Shown here: positions 1 through 11,463 of the stretch, piece after piece
Numbering within the stretch: position 1 is the first letter of the stretch
Layout: each line of letters begins with the position of its first letter
From: Haplodiscus bocki
Taxonomy: Eukaryota
NCBI GenBank assembly: GCA_965655095.1
Contig: OZ296649.1
Location: forward strand, 120,342,001-120,406,000
DNA: 64,000 bases
Direction: 5' to 3'
Made by a program: the position numbers and the translations under genes
Notes under the pieces: generated by a model
What the model saw: the letters and a program-made list of their open reading frames with translations, nothing else
Told to the model about the DNA's origin: nothing
The model's database searches: none

Positions 1-144
1 ATAAATTGTGAGGTGAATTACAATTTTTTCTCAATGTCGAAAATTTTGTCACAAGAATCACAATTTTATCTCTCAGTGCTGAAAATTTTGTGGGGGTACC
101 CCCTGTGTATACCCAAGTTTTTGAACTTCGCGGCTGTTTTGCTG

Positions 145-1207
145 GGTTACATGTCAAAATCTCCTAAATCAAAATCTCCGATGCCAAAATCTATGCCAAA
201 ATCTCCTAAATTTTTTTTATGCCAAGACGCATGAACCTAATTAAGTTAGTAAACTAATCGCAACTAATTAAGAAAATGGTTTAGAAATTACACCGATAAT
301 TTGTCGTCAGAGCTTTTCTATATTATTACAAGTTGCATCTCTAAAATGTTCATCTTTGGAAGTCAGAATCTAAAAAGCCACAACTTTTTCAAAAAATCAA
401 AAGTTCTAATTCTTTTTCCGGTAAAGAATATTTTCCGATAAGTTTTACAAATTGCCTACGAACATGGTCCCATGAACAGCAGGCAAAAATTGTGGCTATC
501 AAGTTTTCTTTTAAATTTCAAGAATTTTATTTCGCGATTTGACTTCCAAAATGTTGATGTGAAACCCAATTGGCCCAATTTTTCAAATTTTTGGCCTCAA
601 AAAAAACGGAAATCAGAAATATTTTCGAAAACTTTTGCATTCATAAAAAACGAATACTATCGCAAAAACTTGTGCTTATACAAAAAACAAATACGAAAAC
701 GAAAAATTTTGCGATACCCCTTTGCTTATTTATGAAACAAGATGTGGAATTATTTTTCGTATTTCAACCATAATTTTTAGAAATGCAAGCACAACCTACT
801 CAAATGAACATAACTTAATTGTATTTTCGAGGGTATTCTGAAAAAATTTTTGCGGAATCCCTGGTACTGAAAATACCCCAGCCCGAGTACAGAAGTGTTT
901 TTGAAATGATAAAAATACCAAAAAATGGGTGTCAGGACATAATACCCAATGCCAAAATAACCAATGCCATAATACCCAATGTGACATATAATGGTAGTCC
1001 TAATTAAATAATTAGAAGTAATTAACTTAAATTACTTCAGCTTTAAGCTTAATTATTTAATTACTTAAGCCGATAACTTTATTCAATAATTGAGGAGATT
1101 TTGACTTAGGAGATTTTGACTTAGGAGATTTTGACTGACTTAGGAGATATTGGCATAGGAGATTATGACTTAGGAGATTTTAACTTAGGAGATTTTGACC
1201 TGACACC
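145..1207. mobile_element. Mutator/Foldback-like MITE with 15-bp subterminal repeats and 9-bp TSD
   Basis: Left GGTTACATGTCAAAATCTCC (145) vs right GGAGATTTTGACCTGACACC (1188-1207). Repeats are (T/C)CAAAATCTCCTAA on the left and TAGGAGATTTTGACT x~7 at 1092-1200. Flanks GTTTTGCTG (136-144) and GTTTTTCTG (1208-1216) match 8/9. Confidence 0.8.
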
Positions 1208-1441
1208 GTTTTTCTGTTCCACGTAGTTTTCTGTGAATATTTTGACTGGTGGTATTTTGTCAGCACCAATATTTTAAAACATCAATGAACTTAAATAATT
1301 AAATAAACTTCTAGTTCAAGACGCTGTTAATTATTGAATTAGTATAGCTCTTTCAATCTTGGGTATTTTGGGACTTTGGGTATTTTGGGACTTTGGGTTT
1401 GGGCTTGGGCATTTTGGGTTTGGGTATTTTGTCCTGTCACC
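928..1441. mobile_element. Ends of a second foldback MITE family (CCAAAATACCCAA / TTGGGTATTTTGG repeats)
   Basis: GGTGTCAGGACATAATACCCAA at 928 is the inverted complement of TTGGGTATTTTGTCCTGTCACC ending at 1441, each followed or preceded by tandem ~15-bp motifs. No TSD is seen, so the two ends may belong to different copies. Confidence 0.6.
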
Positions 1442-1804
1442 GTTCAAAATATTGGTGTTGACAAACTAAATTACCACAAGCCAAAATATTCACAGAAAAT
1501 TATCTTGAACAGGCAAACAGCAGCGAAGTTCAAAAAATTGGGTATACACGGGGCATGCCCCGCAAAATTTTCGGCACTGTGAGACAAAATTGTGACCCAC
1601 CTGACAAAATTCTCGGTACACTTGAAAACTTTGAATTTCAAAATGGTGAGTTTTTGAAAAGTAGATCTCAGATGTGTAGTAATTTTGGACAGTGTATTTA
1701 CAATGGCGTATAGAAGTTTATTGTAAGAAGCTATAATATTTAACATCATAATTAAGATATCAATCAAGTAATTATTCAACATTCAAGTATTTTGGGTACG
1801 TGTA

Positions 1805-1904
1805 ATGTTAAGACGTTTTTAATTATTTAATTCGTATTGATATTTCAATCTTGGGTATTTTGGGACATTGGGTATTTTGGCCTTGGGTATTTTGGGGTGA
1901 AACC
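1805..1904. mobile_element. Additional right end of the TTGGGTATTTTGG foldback family
   Basis: TTTCAATCTTGGGTATTTTGGGACATTGGGTATTTTGG...GGGGTGAAACC resembles 1315-1441. Confidence 0.55.
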
Positions 1905-2619
1905 GGAATTTCCATTCCAGTGATAGGATACATGAATTCATGTTTCCATAAAAATATTAAATTTGATCAAAAACAGTAGAATAACTGTGCAACCGATGGT
2001 AGCTCATAAAGTTCATGGACTGCGATAGCGGTCTGCAAAATTCTTCAGAAAGATTATATGTGTTTATGAGTACAAATAAGTAATCATTATATTCCTGACT
2101 CCTTCTAACAACTTTGTTATAAAGGTCATAATGAGGTCATTGACTCATTTTTGACCTTGTGGTGATGGTTCACCATACTGCGGACAGAACATTTAGCATA
2201 TTTACACAAATAACTATCAACCCTTTGCCCGTTACGTACGGTTTCTGGTTGTTACTAAAGTTCGTTCAAGATTGAAAGTTTATAACCTTGAGTTTACTTT
2301 CCTAGAGACAGTTGTACTTTATAATATCCATATCTCCATTACTGAAGAGACATCCATTTCAAGTTTTATTCGCGTTTTGAAGTAAATTAGAATTATTCGT
2401 AACGAAAAATACAATATGGGGCAGTCAACATAAAACCAACAACATACAATGTCGAAATTCACCAAAATCACGCGCCACACCGATATTCAATACTGTTGAT
2501 ACCGACCTAAAACGGGCGGAAGCTGAACTATGCTAGCCAAGCTTTATGTAAGTTATTCTAGCGACACTACACATCGTTATCAGACACTTCTTGAAAGGAA
2601 AATAAAACCCATCCGATGA

Positions 2620-4030
2620 GAAAAAAATTCAAAATATGATAAATAAGACAAAAATAAATGCGAGCAACTGAACGGAAATTGCACAATTCAATAGAAGACT
2701 AAGAAGACCGATTTCGGGAGAATTATGGAAACAATAACTACACAACACAACCAAGCCGGCTTTTTCGAATTACGAATGGACGATAGCGTAACAACAGAAA
2801 AAAATTGGGACCATTGATCAAATATAGGAAAGTTCAAAATTGGAGAAAACACCCAGGAAGAACTACAAACATGAACATCACGATAAATGTTTGAAGATAA
2901 GGAACTCAGAGGAAAACTTGAAAAATCCAACCAAAGAATATCGGAGTTTCTCCGAACCATCGAAAAAGACATCTGCAGCAGAAACTATGAAAACAGAATA
3001 GAAACAAAAATTTAAAACCGGATCAACAATAAAAATATGGAATACAAACAAAAAGAGCGAAACCGAAATAGCAGAGAATGCGGTAAAAAAAAGCGAACAG
3101 AATAACATAAATGTCTCGAGAAAGACAACATTCGGCGAAAATGCGGCAACAGAATAATCTCAAACTGGTATCCAGATACAAACTGATCAAAACAAATTAT
3201 GACAGCCATTTAGGAAGAAGAAACGGAATGGCCAAAAATCCAATTATTCTCCAACATTTTAAGTATTCAAATGTACAAGGGTTTTGAAACAAGAAACTTT
3301 ACAATACACGGTAACCAAAATGAATTTGTAAAAGATACCGATCCATCAATAGCATTATTATGAAACAAAACAGCAGAAAAGATGAAACTAAACAATCTAG
3401 ATGAACTAAATAAAAAATATCTAGACGTTAACGGAAATCCAATCAACTTCATCAGTCAAACAACCGCACATATGAATGAAACCGAAAAAGAAAGGGCAGT
3501 CGAAATAATAAACAAAATACAGCCTCCACAGCTAAATTGGATGAAAAAATTCCAAATCAAAATTTAAACGGAAAGAGACCTCATGAAAACAAACTGCCGT
3601 AACGGAACATGAGATTACGGGAATAGAAAGCGAGATACAAACAAAAGTCCACAAACTTTTCAGAACAAATCACACGTTTTGATGAAAGGAGTGAAGGTAC
3701 ACATAGAACTACAACCCAAAACCCAAATTATCCAACAAAAAGCCTGTCAGTATCGAAAAATTCACAATATTTGTTTTCAAATGAATTCATAGGATTAATA
3801 CGTTCAGAGCACATAGCACGTGCAACAGACCTGAAAAAGTGACACCGTTGTATCACCGGTGGCAATAACGGTGAAAAATAAATTAGTCAAAAAGTCCTAG
3901 ATTCGAGAAAGCTGAACGACAGTTGCGTGAAAAGAAAAGCACCAATGCCGAAGAACTTGTGAACAAAGTTGCAGAAAACATTTCTCGGAACAGCGGAGTT
4001 ATGGCGCGTTATCGAAAATTGATTGAGAAT
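2620..4030 (+). mobile_element. Decayed Ty3/Gypsy LTR retrotransposon fragment (gag-like, protease, start of RT)
   Basis: Strongly A-rich plus strand. Degenerate protease region (FVKDTDPSIALL ~3325-3360; KYLDVNGNPINF). RT N-terminus VKVHIELQPKTQIIQQKA, VVSPVAITVK and LDSRKLNDSCVKRKAPMP (~3690-3950), broken by stops and frameshifts. No LTRs were identified and the boundaries are approximate. Confidence 0.75.
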
Positions 4031-4923
4031 ATTAATTGTCGAATTAGAATAATAATTTAGAGTAATTGTCGGAGAGGAAGTCTGATTGAAAGTTACAAGA
4101 TATATGAAAGCTGTTTCAAAACTTTGAATAAATTGAAAGTTTTATACCAGAGATGCCAATAATTGATGGAGGATGTCCTCAATATTGAGGCCCAAACAGC
4201 CCGGGGGGTGACTCTTGACACGAACCTCAAGGACTCGAAAAGTTTTATCGATAAATCCAACTGCTTATAGAATAGTGGTGATAATTGAAATTAAAACCGG
4301 CGCCATCGTAACCTCCATATCGTCTGTCCCACTCACTTTGCGGGAGGTATGCGTACCCTCGCATAGCTCGGGGATAACCACTTGGCGCGACAATTCTGAT
4401 TTAATTCTCTAGTACCTTGTACATTTTATGTCTAAATTCTTTTACAAACAAATGACGTTTAACTTAGTGTAAGCCTTCTTGCAGTAACGATTTGTCGGCA
4501 GAGAAAATGCATAGATCATTTTATTGCCTTTTACATCTATAGCTATTTTCGGACAGAATGCGGATTTTCGGAGTAATGACATTTTGGGCAAATGAGGCAC
4601 CCGCACTTAAGTGTTCGACTAAAATATCGGTGGGCTAACTGAACACCCACCGATTTTTGAGCATTGCGTCATACAGGACTTTGTTCTTCGGTGTGACTGC
4701 TTAGATATGTTTAATTTTGTTGGTCCCTATGCTTGTCGGCTCAGCTCATTTCGACGATGTTCAATTGACTGAAGTTCAACTTAGAGAAAATTCCACCAGT
4801 CGCTGGAAATATTAATGGCAATTGTCTCAACTAAAGACATGCTTATTACAGAGCCTTTTCTTGTAGTTACTTTGATCGCAACTTTTTACAGCATTTTGTC
4901 TGGTACTTGATTTGCCGTTTTCT

Positions 4924-5214
4924 GGCGTTCAGGACATTTCACCCCAAATTGAAAAGTAGCTTCAATTGGCGCTCATAAAAATATGCATGGTGAACAATTA
5001 GATACGATCGATACTGCCTCAAATAAAATGAGGTGTAAATGGCAATCTTCTCTTGCAAATTCATATAGTTGAGTTATAAATATAAAGTTCAGAACGAAGA
5101 ATTAAAAATATTTTTTTTTACTTAGAATTCTTAATTAGCATGATCAGGTGCTTTCAAAATTGAGGCGAAGTGTCTCCGGGGTTAAGTGTACTGGGGTGAA
5201 ATGTCCTGAAACCC
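4924..5214. mobile_element. ~290-bp MITE with 23-bp TIRs
   Basis: GGCGTTCAGGACATTTCACCCCA (4924-4946) vs TGGGGTGAAATGTCCTGAAACCC (5192-5214), 21/23 inverted match. The terminus resembles the foldback MITEs at 145-1441. No TSD is visible. Confidence 0.75.
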
Positions 5215-5408
5215 AAATGAGTTACCTGCCACATTTTAAATCAACTTTCTTTTGACTTATTCTTTGTGCACAAACAATCCTTTGTTCGAAAATGATGTAA
5301 TCTTTTTCAAGACACAAGACACTTGTTTGAAGCCGGGCTTTCTTTTTGAACTTCATCATCTCAAAGTGTCTCTTCGAACTTTCGTTGGAGTAAAATGAAG
5401 CAGTTAGA

Positions 5409-5505
5409 TTCATTAGTGGAAAGTCAATTGAGTTTCATGAAATACTGAAATGAATCTAACGAATTTTAGTATTTCATGAAACTTAATTGACTTCCCTCTA
5501 ATGAA
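5409..5505. repeat. 97-bp hairpin (43-bp arms, 11-nt loop)
   Basis: TTCATTAGTGGAAAGTCAATTGAGTTTCATGAAATACTGAAAT / ATTTTAGTATTTCATGAAACTTAATTGACTTCCCTCTAATGAA; 4 mismatches, two of them G-U compatible on the + strand. Confidence 0.85.
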
Positions 5506-6352
5506 ACAAAGTGTTATCTGCTTTATTTACAGAATTTGTCTGAAAAAATTGTATGTTTGGAAAAAATTTATTCATGTGCGATTTTATTGCTCTTTTTAGA
5601 GGCCTTTCAAATACCATGATCAATGGCAGCTCTTGAAAGCGTGATGAAAATCTGCCAAAATTGAAATTTATTGCCACATAAGTTCTGTGGGATAAAGACT
5701 GAGACACATTTTGAATCTTGGCGTGATGATTAATCAATTCAGCTGCTCTTTGAAAGTGGCAGGCATTTTCAACACTAGGTGATTCTTTCACAGATTCAGG
5801 CTTGTGGACACAATAAAAGTTGTGGGAATTGAAATCTCGCAGACTTTCGAAGCAGATGCCTGTCACCGCCCATGACCGAGTGCATTAAAATTTATTGGAT
5901 TTTGCAAACAGCATGTTTCTGTGTACTTCTACGAATTCGAAATCAATTTTTGCCCGAATTTTGAAATAGGTCAAGAAAATTGGGGTCATTCGTGCATACA
6001 ACGCTGGCAAACTTTTATAGCTCCAATGTTTCTCGACTGTGCAATCCAGAAAGTTTAATCAGCCGTCAAATTGTGCTTGTTCTTTTATGCCACTTCTGCG
6101 CTCTAATTATTTGATTATTTTCCCAGCATGATATTTCCTGTGTCCTAAAAACGAACCCGATCATTGGTTGTGACATGATTGCAAAAACAGGACGAATTTC
6201 AACTGGAAGACTTGAAAACATATTTCCACAATAATAAATGAGGTGTGTTTATTGTTACAGTTGTCTGCATGATTTTTGGTTGTCTTGTCAGCTAGCAACA
6301 GCTTTAGTTAGTTAGCATTAGAAGTTGCTGACTAGATTATTAACTTGAAACC

Positions 6353-6473
6353 ATGGCCGATCGGGTGACTCAACTGCAAGATGCGATCAATGAGTTGGCC
6401 GATTTGATGTGCAATGCAATCGGAATTCTCCAACAAGACGCTCATCCTTCCAAGTTTTCCTCTATTTCTTCAG
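6353..6473 (+). CDS. MED21: MED21 exon 1 ([40 protein letters not shown])
   Basis: ATG at 6353 in context AACCATGG. The translation closely matches the conserved MED21 N-terminus [28 protein letters not shown]. Read-through hits TGA shortly after, so an intron is needed. The donor is either G|GCAGTG at 6474 or A|GTGATG at 6477 (exon end 6476); both are phase 1. Confidence 0.93.
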
Positions 6474-6504
6474 GCAGTGATGACATTTGAATCCTATCAA
6501 TCAA

Positions 6505-6905
6505 TACCGTATGACCGATTACAACCCGCGCCTTGTATTAAAATTTAATAATTTCGTACCGCTAGGGCTGTTCTTATTTCAATTTGGTAATCTCACATTA
6601 TTCTGCCACTAGAGTCTTTTCCTTTTATTTGATCTGAGACGATCACCAAACATTCTTCCGAGGAAAGAAGCATTGAAATTGATGTTTTCTAGTTCAAAAT
6701 TTGTGAAGACGAAGTAAAATATTTGTATACTAGCATCAACTATTTTTGAGTCTCCACTAAATTCGAACAATTGAGTTTGCGATCGCTTTTTTCCGTACGG
6801 CTTTTGTTCGAGGTCGGTTTGTATTTAACTTGAAGAAAAATATGCGTGGCTTCTAATCGAGGGCGGTTTCAATTTGGGGGCGACTTGTAATCGAAGAAAA
6901 CTGTT
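6505..6905. mobile_element. Old pogo/Tigger-like MITE in MED21 intron 1
   Basis: TACCGTATGACCGATTACAA at 6505 partly mirrors TTGTAATCGAAGAAAACTGTT at ~6885-6905. Repeated GGC..CTAATCGAG-like motifs lie at 6846-6893. Degenerate. Confidence 0.45.
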
Positions 6906-7384
6906 TTTGAAATAAAATTTACCAAATTGTGAACTGGACTTCTGCAAGCGGAATTGCTATAGATAACCATAGTTTTAAATACCCTAAAAGTGGCAACTTT
7001 TCATAGCTGGTAAGTCTTCTGTAGATCAAGTTTCAGATACAGCATTTTTAAAGACTTTGTTGTTGTAACCAAAAACCCAAACATTCATTTGCCGGTCATC
7101 ATTGTAATGTTGGGTGTGCTCCATAAGCATTACTGTCAATTTTTGTTAACGATTTTGTAAAGCTAACGATGAAGGCAATGGAAAGGAATTTCCTCGCTAA
7201 TACCTTCACTTCCGAACAATTCAAAATCTACGAAAAACATCTAGTAGAATTGACACGTTGTGTTAGTAGTTAAATTCACCGAATACACTTGATTTTTTTT
7301 TGCGGTAATTCGTCCTTTTATTACAAGTGCGGAATCATATTTTCAAATTAAAAATGAAGAGGTCATCACCTCCTTGCATATCAG

Positions 7385-7605
7385 GCGACCCTAGTAACGG
7401 TGCAGCCGCTTATCACAGGCTATCCTCCAATGAAAACAGTCCCCAGAATGATACGTTCAACAATCAGGCAGGTGCTAACTCCCAAAATGAGAGCACGAGT
7501 AAACAATCGATCAACTACTTCGCAAAAACGATTGTAAAGACAGCCAAGGACATCGACATACTCATCGACTCGTTGCCTTCTTTTGAGAGCACAACAGAAC
7601 TCCAA
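7385..7605 (+). CDS. MED21: MED21 exon 2 (...SINYFAKTIVKTAKDIDILIDSLPSFESTTELQ)
   Basis: Lies within ORF 7327..7704. TAKDIDILIDSLPS matches the MED21 signature TAKDIDVLIDSLPS. A phase-1 acceptor tcag| at 7384 fits exon 1, and the donor CAA|GTTAGT is at 7606 (phase 0). The 5' boundary is less certain than the 3' boundary. Confidence 0.9.
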
Positions 7606-8032
7606 GTTAGTAATTTGATTTTAAAACATTCATCTGTTTGTATATTGAGGAACGCACATCATTGTTGCTATGCTATCCCAACTTTTCTGAATATCTTCTG
7701 GTAATTATTTCTTGCCTTTTTTTTAAAATGGAAAATGATCCTCTACTTTTCCTGTGCAAAATTCAATCTTTTGTGTGGATTCAACGTTTTGCTGCGTAAG
7801 ATTCGAATGTAGAGTGTGATGAAAATTTAATAGGAAGATTTCAGAACTGTGACGAAAAAAATGAAGCAGCTTTTATTTTGGCAAAAAAACTTTGATAAAA
7901 TTCTGACCACAAACAAGTGTTGGATAGTATTGGAACAAGCACAATTGGATTTAGATGTAGCACATTTTACTTGAAATTTGTCCCAAAAGTTTAGGCGTCC
8001 GCTTTAATGCAATTGCTTGAAAAATGTTTTAG

Positions 8033-8404
8033 GTGGCAGCCATAGAACAGCTGCAATCAGAAAATGTATTGGAGCGGGAGAGATTAGAAAACCTGGTTTG
8101 TCAAGGTCAAGTTTTGCTCTCTACAGTCCAGTCCTCTCTGCTTCATGTTTGTGAGGCTCAAATAGCAAACAGTATAATGACCCAAGGTCCATCTTCATCC
8201 ACGGGGCACCAGTCTTCACATCTGGCTCAATCTAAAATAGAAGAACCTCATGGACCTCACTTCGGTTCACCCATGCACGATAACGACGGAGTACTGTCTA
8301 ATATTAACAAAGAGGAAGATGAAACCGACGAGCCCAACTTGTATGCTTTACCCGAGGCTGCTAATCATCTCTTAAATTCGGAGGATATTCCTATGGAGAC
8401 TTAG
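8033..8404 (+). CDS. MED21: MED21 exon 3 (VAAIEQLQSENVLERERLENLVCQGQVLLSTVQSSLLHVCEAQ + acidic tail)
   Basis: Acceptor tttttag|GTG at 8032/8033, phase 0. Aligns to the MED21 C-terminal coiled coil ([43 protein letters not shown]). Stop TAG at 8402-8404. The spliced product is ~237 aa. Confidence 0.9.
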   Translation: MAAIEQLQSENVLERERLENLVCQGQVLLSTVQSSLLHVCEAQIANSIMTQGPSSSTGHQSSHLAQSKIEEPHGPHFGSPMHDNDGVLSNINKEEDETDEPNLYALPEAANHLLNSEDIPMET

Positions 8405-8792
8405 AAATGTCAGATTCCACCTGTCAATCTTAAGGGTCATTGAGAGGCCGTGTGAATGATTTGGTGAAAGCACTCTCGAAAAGATGCCAAAATAGCTTCG
8501 CTTTTGCATTTCCATTGTTTTTGAATCAATGATCACAAATTTTGGCGATGAGCTTCAAAAAATCTTGTTTTTGCTGCTGTACTAATTAAATACTTGACGT
8601 CCTGCTGTTGAAAAGGAGGAAACCTGAAAATTGTTAATGATGCTTTTGTAATTGCTTTTACTAACGACCAAATACTTTATTTATGGTACAATGTTTTACA
8701 AATGCTATACATGTAATTCAGTTGTTGATAAATTTCATTTCTTTGCTGATAAAATTTCATAATATTCAAAGATGAACGTTTTTGAGAAAATT

Positions 8793-8798
8793 AATAAA
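8793..8798 (+). promoter_or_regulatory. Candidate MED21 polyadenylation signal AATAAA
   Basis: AATAAA ~390 nt after the stop; an alternative ATTAAA lies near 8585. Weak evidence in AT-rich DNA. Confidence 0.3.
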
Positions 8799-9829
8799 AC
8801 AAGACGACCGGCCGCCACCGGAATATTTGTGCCATTCAACATTGTTGACGGTACATTTTGAAGGATGAAAGCGTTATTTTTTCAAAAAATACTTCAGCAA
8901 ATTCAACATTTTTCTGATTTTTGCAGAAAATGTTCAATTTGTGGAAAGAAGACAATTTACAGCAAATTTGCCGCTTTTTACCCATTTTGAAAAAAATTTT
9001 TTCCTAAAAACAATTTTGTACGCATTTGAGAAATCTTGCTATTTGAGTCGCTTTTTACGGCAAATTTGCCATAATTTGCTGATTAAAAAAACTCAAATTC
9101 AGAATCGTCCGGATATTCGGGATATTCGGACATTTTCAATTGCCAAGTAAACGTAAAAAAAACGCACGCGGCGGGGAAAAGATTTTCCTCCATATTATAA
9201 ACATGGCGGAAAATAAAAAAGTGAAGATTTCTGAATTGAGCTTGAAATGACAATCGTTGTAAACTCTCTAAAAAATATCTCACTTTTTTTAGTAAATTGT
9301 AAAACGAGAACGTCAGTAAGCTTCATACACTTTACATCGCTTTTGTTGTCAAAGATCTCAAGATAGTCATTCGATGATTGTGGCAATTTCGAAAACCGGG
9401 TGGAATAAAATATTCGTTTCGAAAAATGGATGCAATTTTAATTTGATTCCAATGACAGTATTTCCCAAAGTCCGAAATATGAATCAACTATGGACCTCGC
9501 ACTAGAAGCCCTGACGCGTATGTTTCATTTTCATAGAAGTTTTCAGTGCTTTACTGTTTCCGTGGTTTCACGATAGATACTATAGTACGCTTTCGAAGGT
9601 GACAAGGGACCTAAGCGGAGCTGCTTTTAAAGCTCGATTTATTCAGAAAAAAATTTCCACGAACGGTAAAATGTTCCGTGATCTCGTACAGTTTTTCATT
9701 TTACTTTCTGGTATTTTAATTTCAGTTGGAGCGGAGGCTTTCCTTAAGCGTTTCATGATTCAGCATCAAATGCGTCTAAAAAAGCAGTTTTGACCTCCGT
9801 TGTTAATTGATGGCCGGAAAAAACTGATA

Positions 9830-10782
9830 GACTCTAATACTGTCTATCTTGAGAGATAAAGCAACACTGCTTGCTCGTCGCTCGCTGCACGTAATTAAGC
9901 GGTGTTTTGTGTTTCTCTTGTGTGCTGTGTTATTCATCGCACTGTGTATGGCGCCTTCGAAACGCATTACTGATAACGAACGTCACGCAAAATTTTATTA
10001 TACTCCAAAGGGAGAAGAAATGAAGAGAAATGCCCTTGTGCGGCTGTTATTTCCTAGAAAACTGGAAAGGGTTATTTGATTTTAATGGCTCATATCAAAG
10101 TATTCTATAACAACTATGAACGAGAAGCAAAAAACAATCAAGGTACTCTTAGGAATATTGAGATTTTGCCTGTTGTTATGAACATTTAGGGGTGGATTGA
10201 CTGGATTTGTTGCGGATTAAAGCCATTTTACACTGTGGAAAATAACCTGGATCGCTGATATTCAAAATTAAATCCTATCTCTTATAAAGCGTTCATGAAG
10301 TTTTGGGAATTATTTACCTAATTCGTGTGGCAAACGAAAGTCGTGAGACAAACAAGTTTGCATTGGTATTGGATGGATGGGGGAAATGCAGATATTTTTG
10401 AAACTCATGATGAAGGAAACTTTGCAGAAGGAACTTTGGCATAAAAGTCGAACAAAGAAGAATCTGGATTTATGAACTGCAATTTCCTTTTATCCACCTC
10501 AAACATTGTTGAGCGTTTCTTCAGTTTGTTGGGAAATGCGTTAGTTGAGCATCACCAATCTTTTTGAATTCGGAGCATTTGGAGGAGCAGCTCCTCCTAA
10601 AAGTCAACAAGCGGTTCTGGAGCCCACAAACTGTCGATTCTGCTTATAATCAATAACTCGATTAAATTTTCCATTAATGGCCCTTAGTGGATGACGGATT
10701 TTCATTTTTCAAAATTGCCATTAAAGTATTTTTCATCTTTTCAAAATAAAAACTAACTTCCATTAACTTTTCCGTAGCCCTG
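9830..10782 (+). mobile_element. 5'-truncated first hAT copy at the array edge
   Basis: Homology starts abruptly at GACTCTAATACTGTCTATC (~9830), so the left TIR and ~190 bp are missing. Relic CDS 9948-10656; right TIR ends at 10782. Confidence 0.85.
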
Positions 10783-11463
10783 ACTAGTAGTAACAAGTTT
10801 CTTGAACCCCCTTGCGTGGAAGCAAATTCCTATGGATTGGTTAATTTTCACTCGTTCGTGGCTTAACCCATCATCGTCCGTACGAGGTACGTGATATATT
10901 TCTCCAATGCTCAAAAACATGACGTTGGGTTGTTCGACAATTCAAGACCGACATCCGACGCCTCAGCACTTGCCGGGCCTGATATTTTCAGGCGCCTGAC
11001 TAGGTAGGTGCCCCCCTTTCTCAAACAGGAAGAATCAATCGATTTTCTTGCTGTTGTCAATCCTTCCATTTCATTAACTGCACTTACATAAATGTTTCAA
11101 GGAGATTGCGTTGAAGCGCTAATGGGAAGACTCAACAGAGCCATAACCTTTACGAACAATGCAAATATTCAGTTACTGTCGGACAAGCGGCTGGACGGAA
11201 ATTAATGGGCAAGTTTCTGACATCAAATTGGGGTAGTACCACTTGCAGAACTGATGGTATTATGTGGAAAGTTAATGTTAAAAAATTATTTGGTGTACAA
11301 TATCTCACCGTATCGTTAGTTATGTGCACTCTATCTTTCCAAGCTAAGTTGGCTGCGTTTTTCTACAAAAATTTATCTGTCACAAAATTGAAGGTTTGGA
11401 TATGGATATTTTAAGCTAAAAACACTCCACCCCCCCCCCCCCGCCCCAAACCACCACCACCAA

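Larger units (their letters stand above)
57..1595. repeat. Long imperfect inverted repeat, its left arm interrupted by the 145-1207 MITE
   Basis: 57-144 joined to 1217-1280 is the reverse complement of ~1442-1595 (e.g. TGTATACCCAAGTTTTTGAACTTCGCGGCTGTTT vs AAACAGCAGCGAAGTTCAAAAAATTGGGTATACA). Confidence 0.8.

Noticed and set aside
1360-1430. Telomere-like TTTGGG repeats
   Set aside because: Irregular, and they mirror the element end at 928, so they are MITE subterminal repeats.
13-1782. ORFs such as 13..234, 796..987 and 1376..1582
   Set aside because: They are translations of MITE 15-bp repeats or low-complexity AT-rich DNA.
4545-4652. TTTTCGGA repeats and GGTGGG...CCCACC mini-hairpin
   Set aside because: Too short and degenerate to call as an element or RNA.
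7327-7704. 125-aa stand-alone ORF
   Set aside because: Only 7385-7605 is MED21 exon 2; the flanks are intronic read-through.
8930-9135. GGATATTCGG direct repeat and AAATTTGCC motifs
   Set aside because: Probably a transposon remnant, but no partner end or TSD could be identified.
11245-11275. Hammerhead ribozyme core (CTGATGG...GGAAA) in the spacer
   Set aside because: The core is not CUGANGA and no supporting stems I-III were found by eye.
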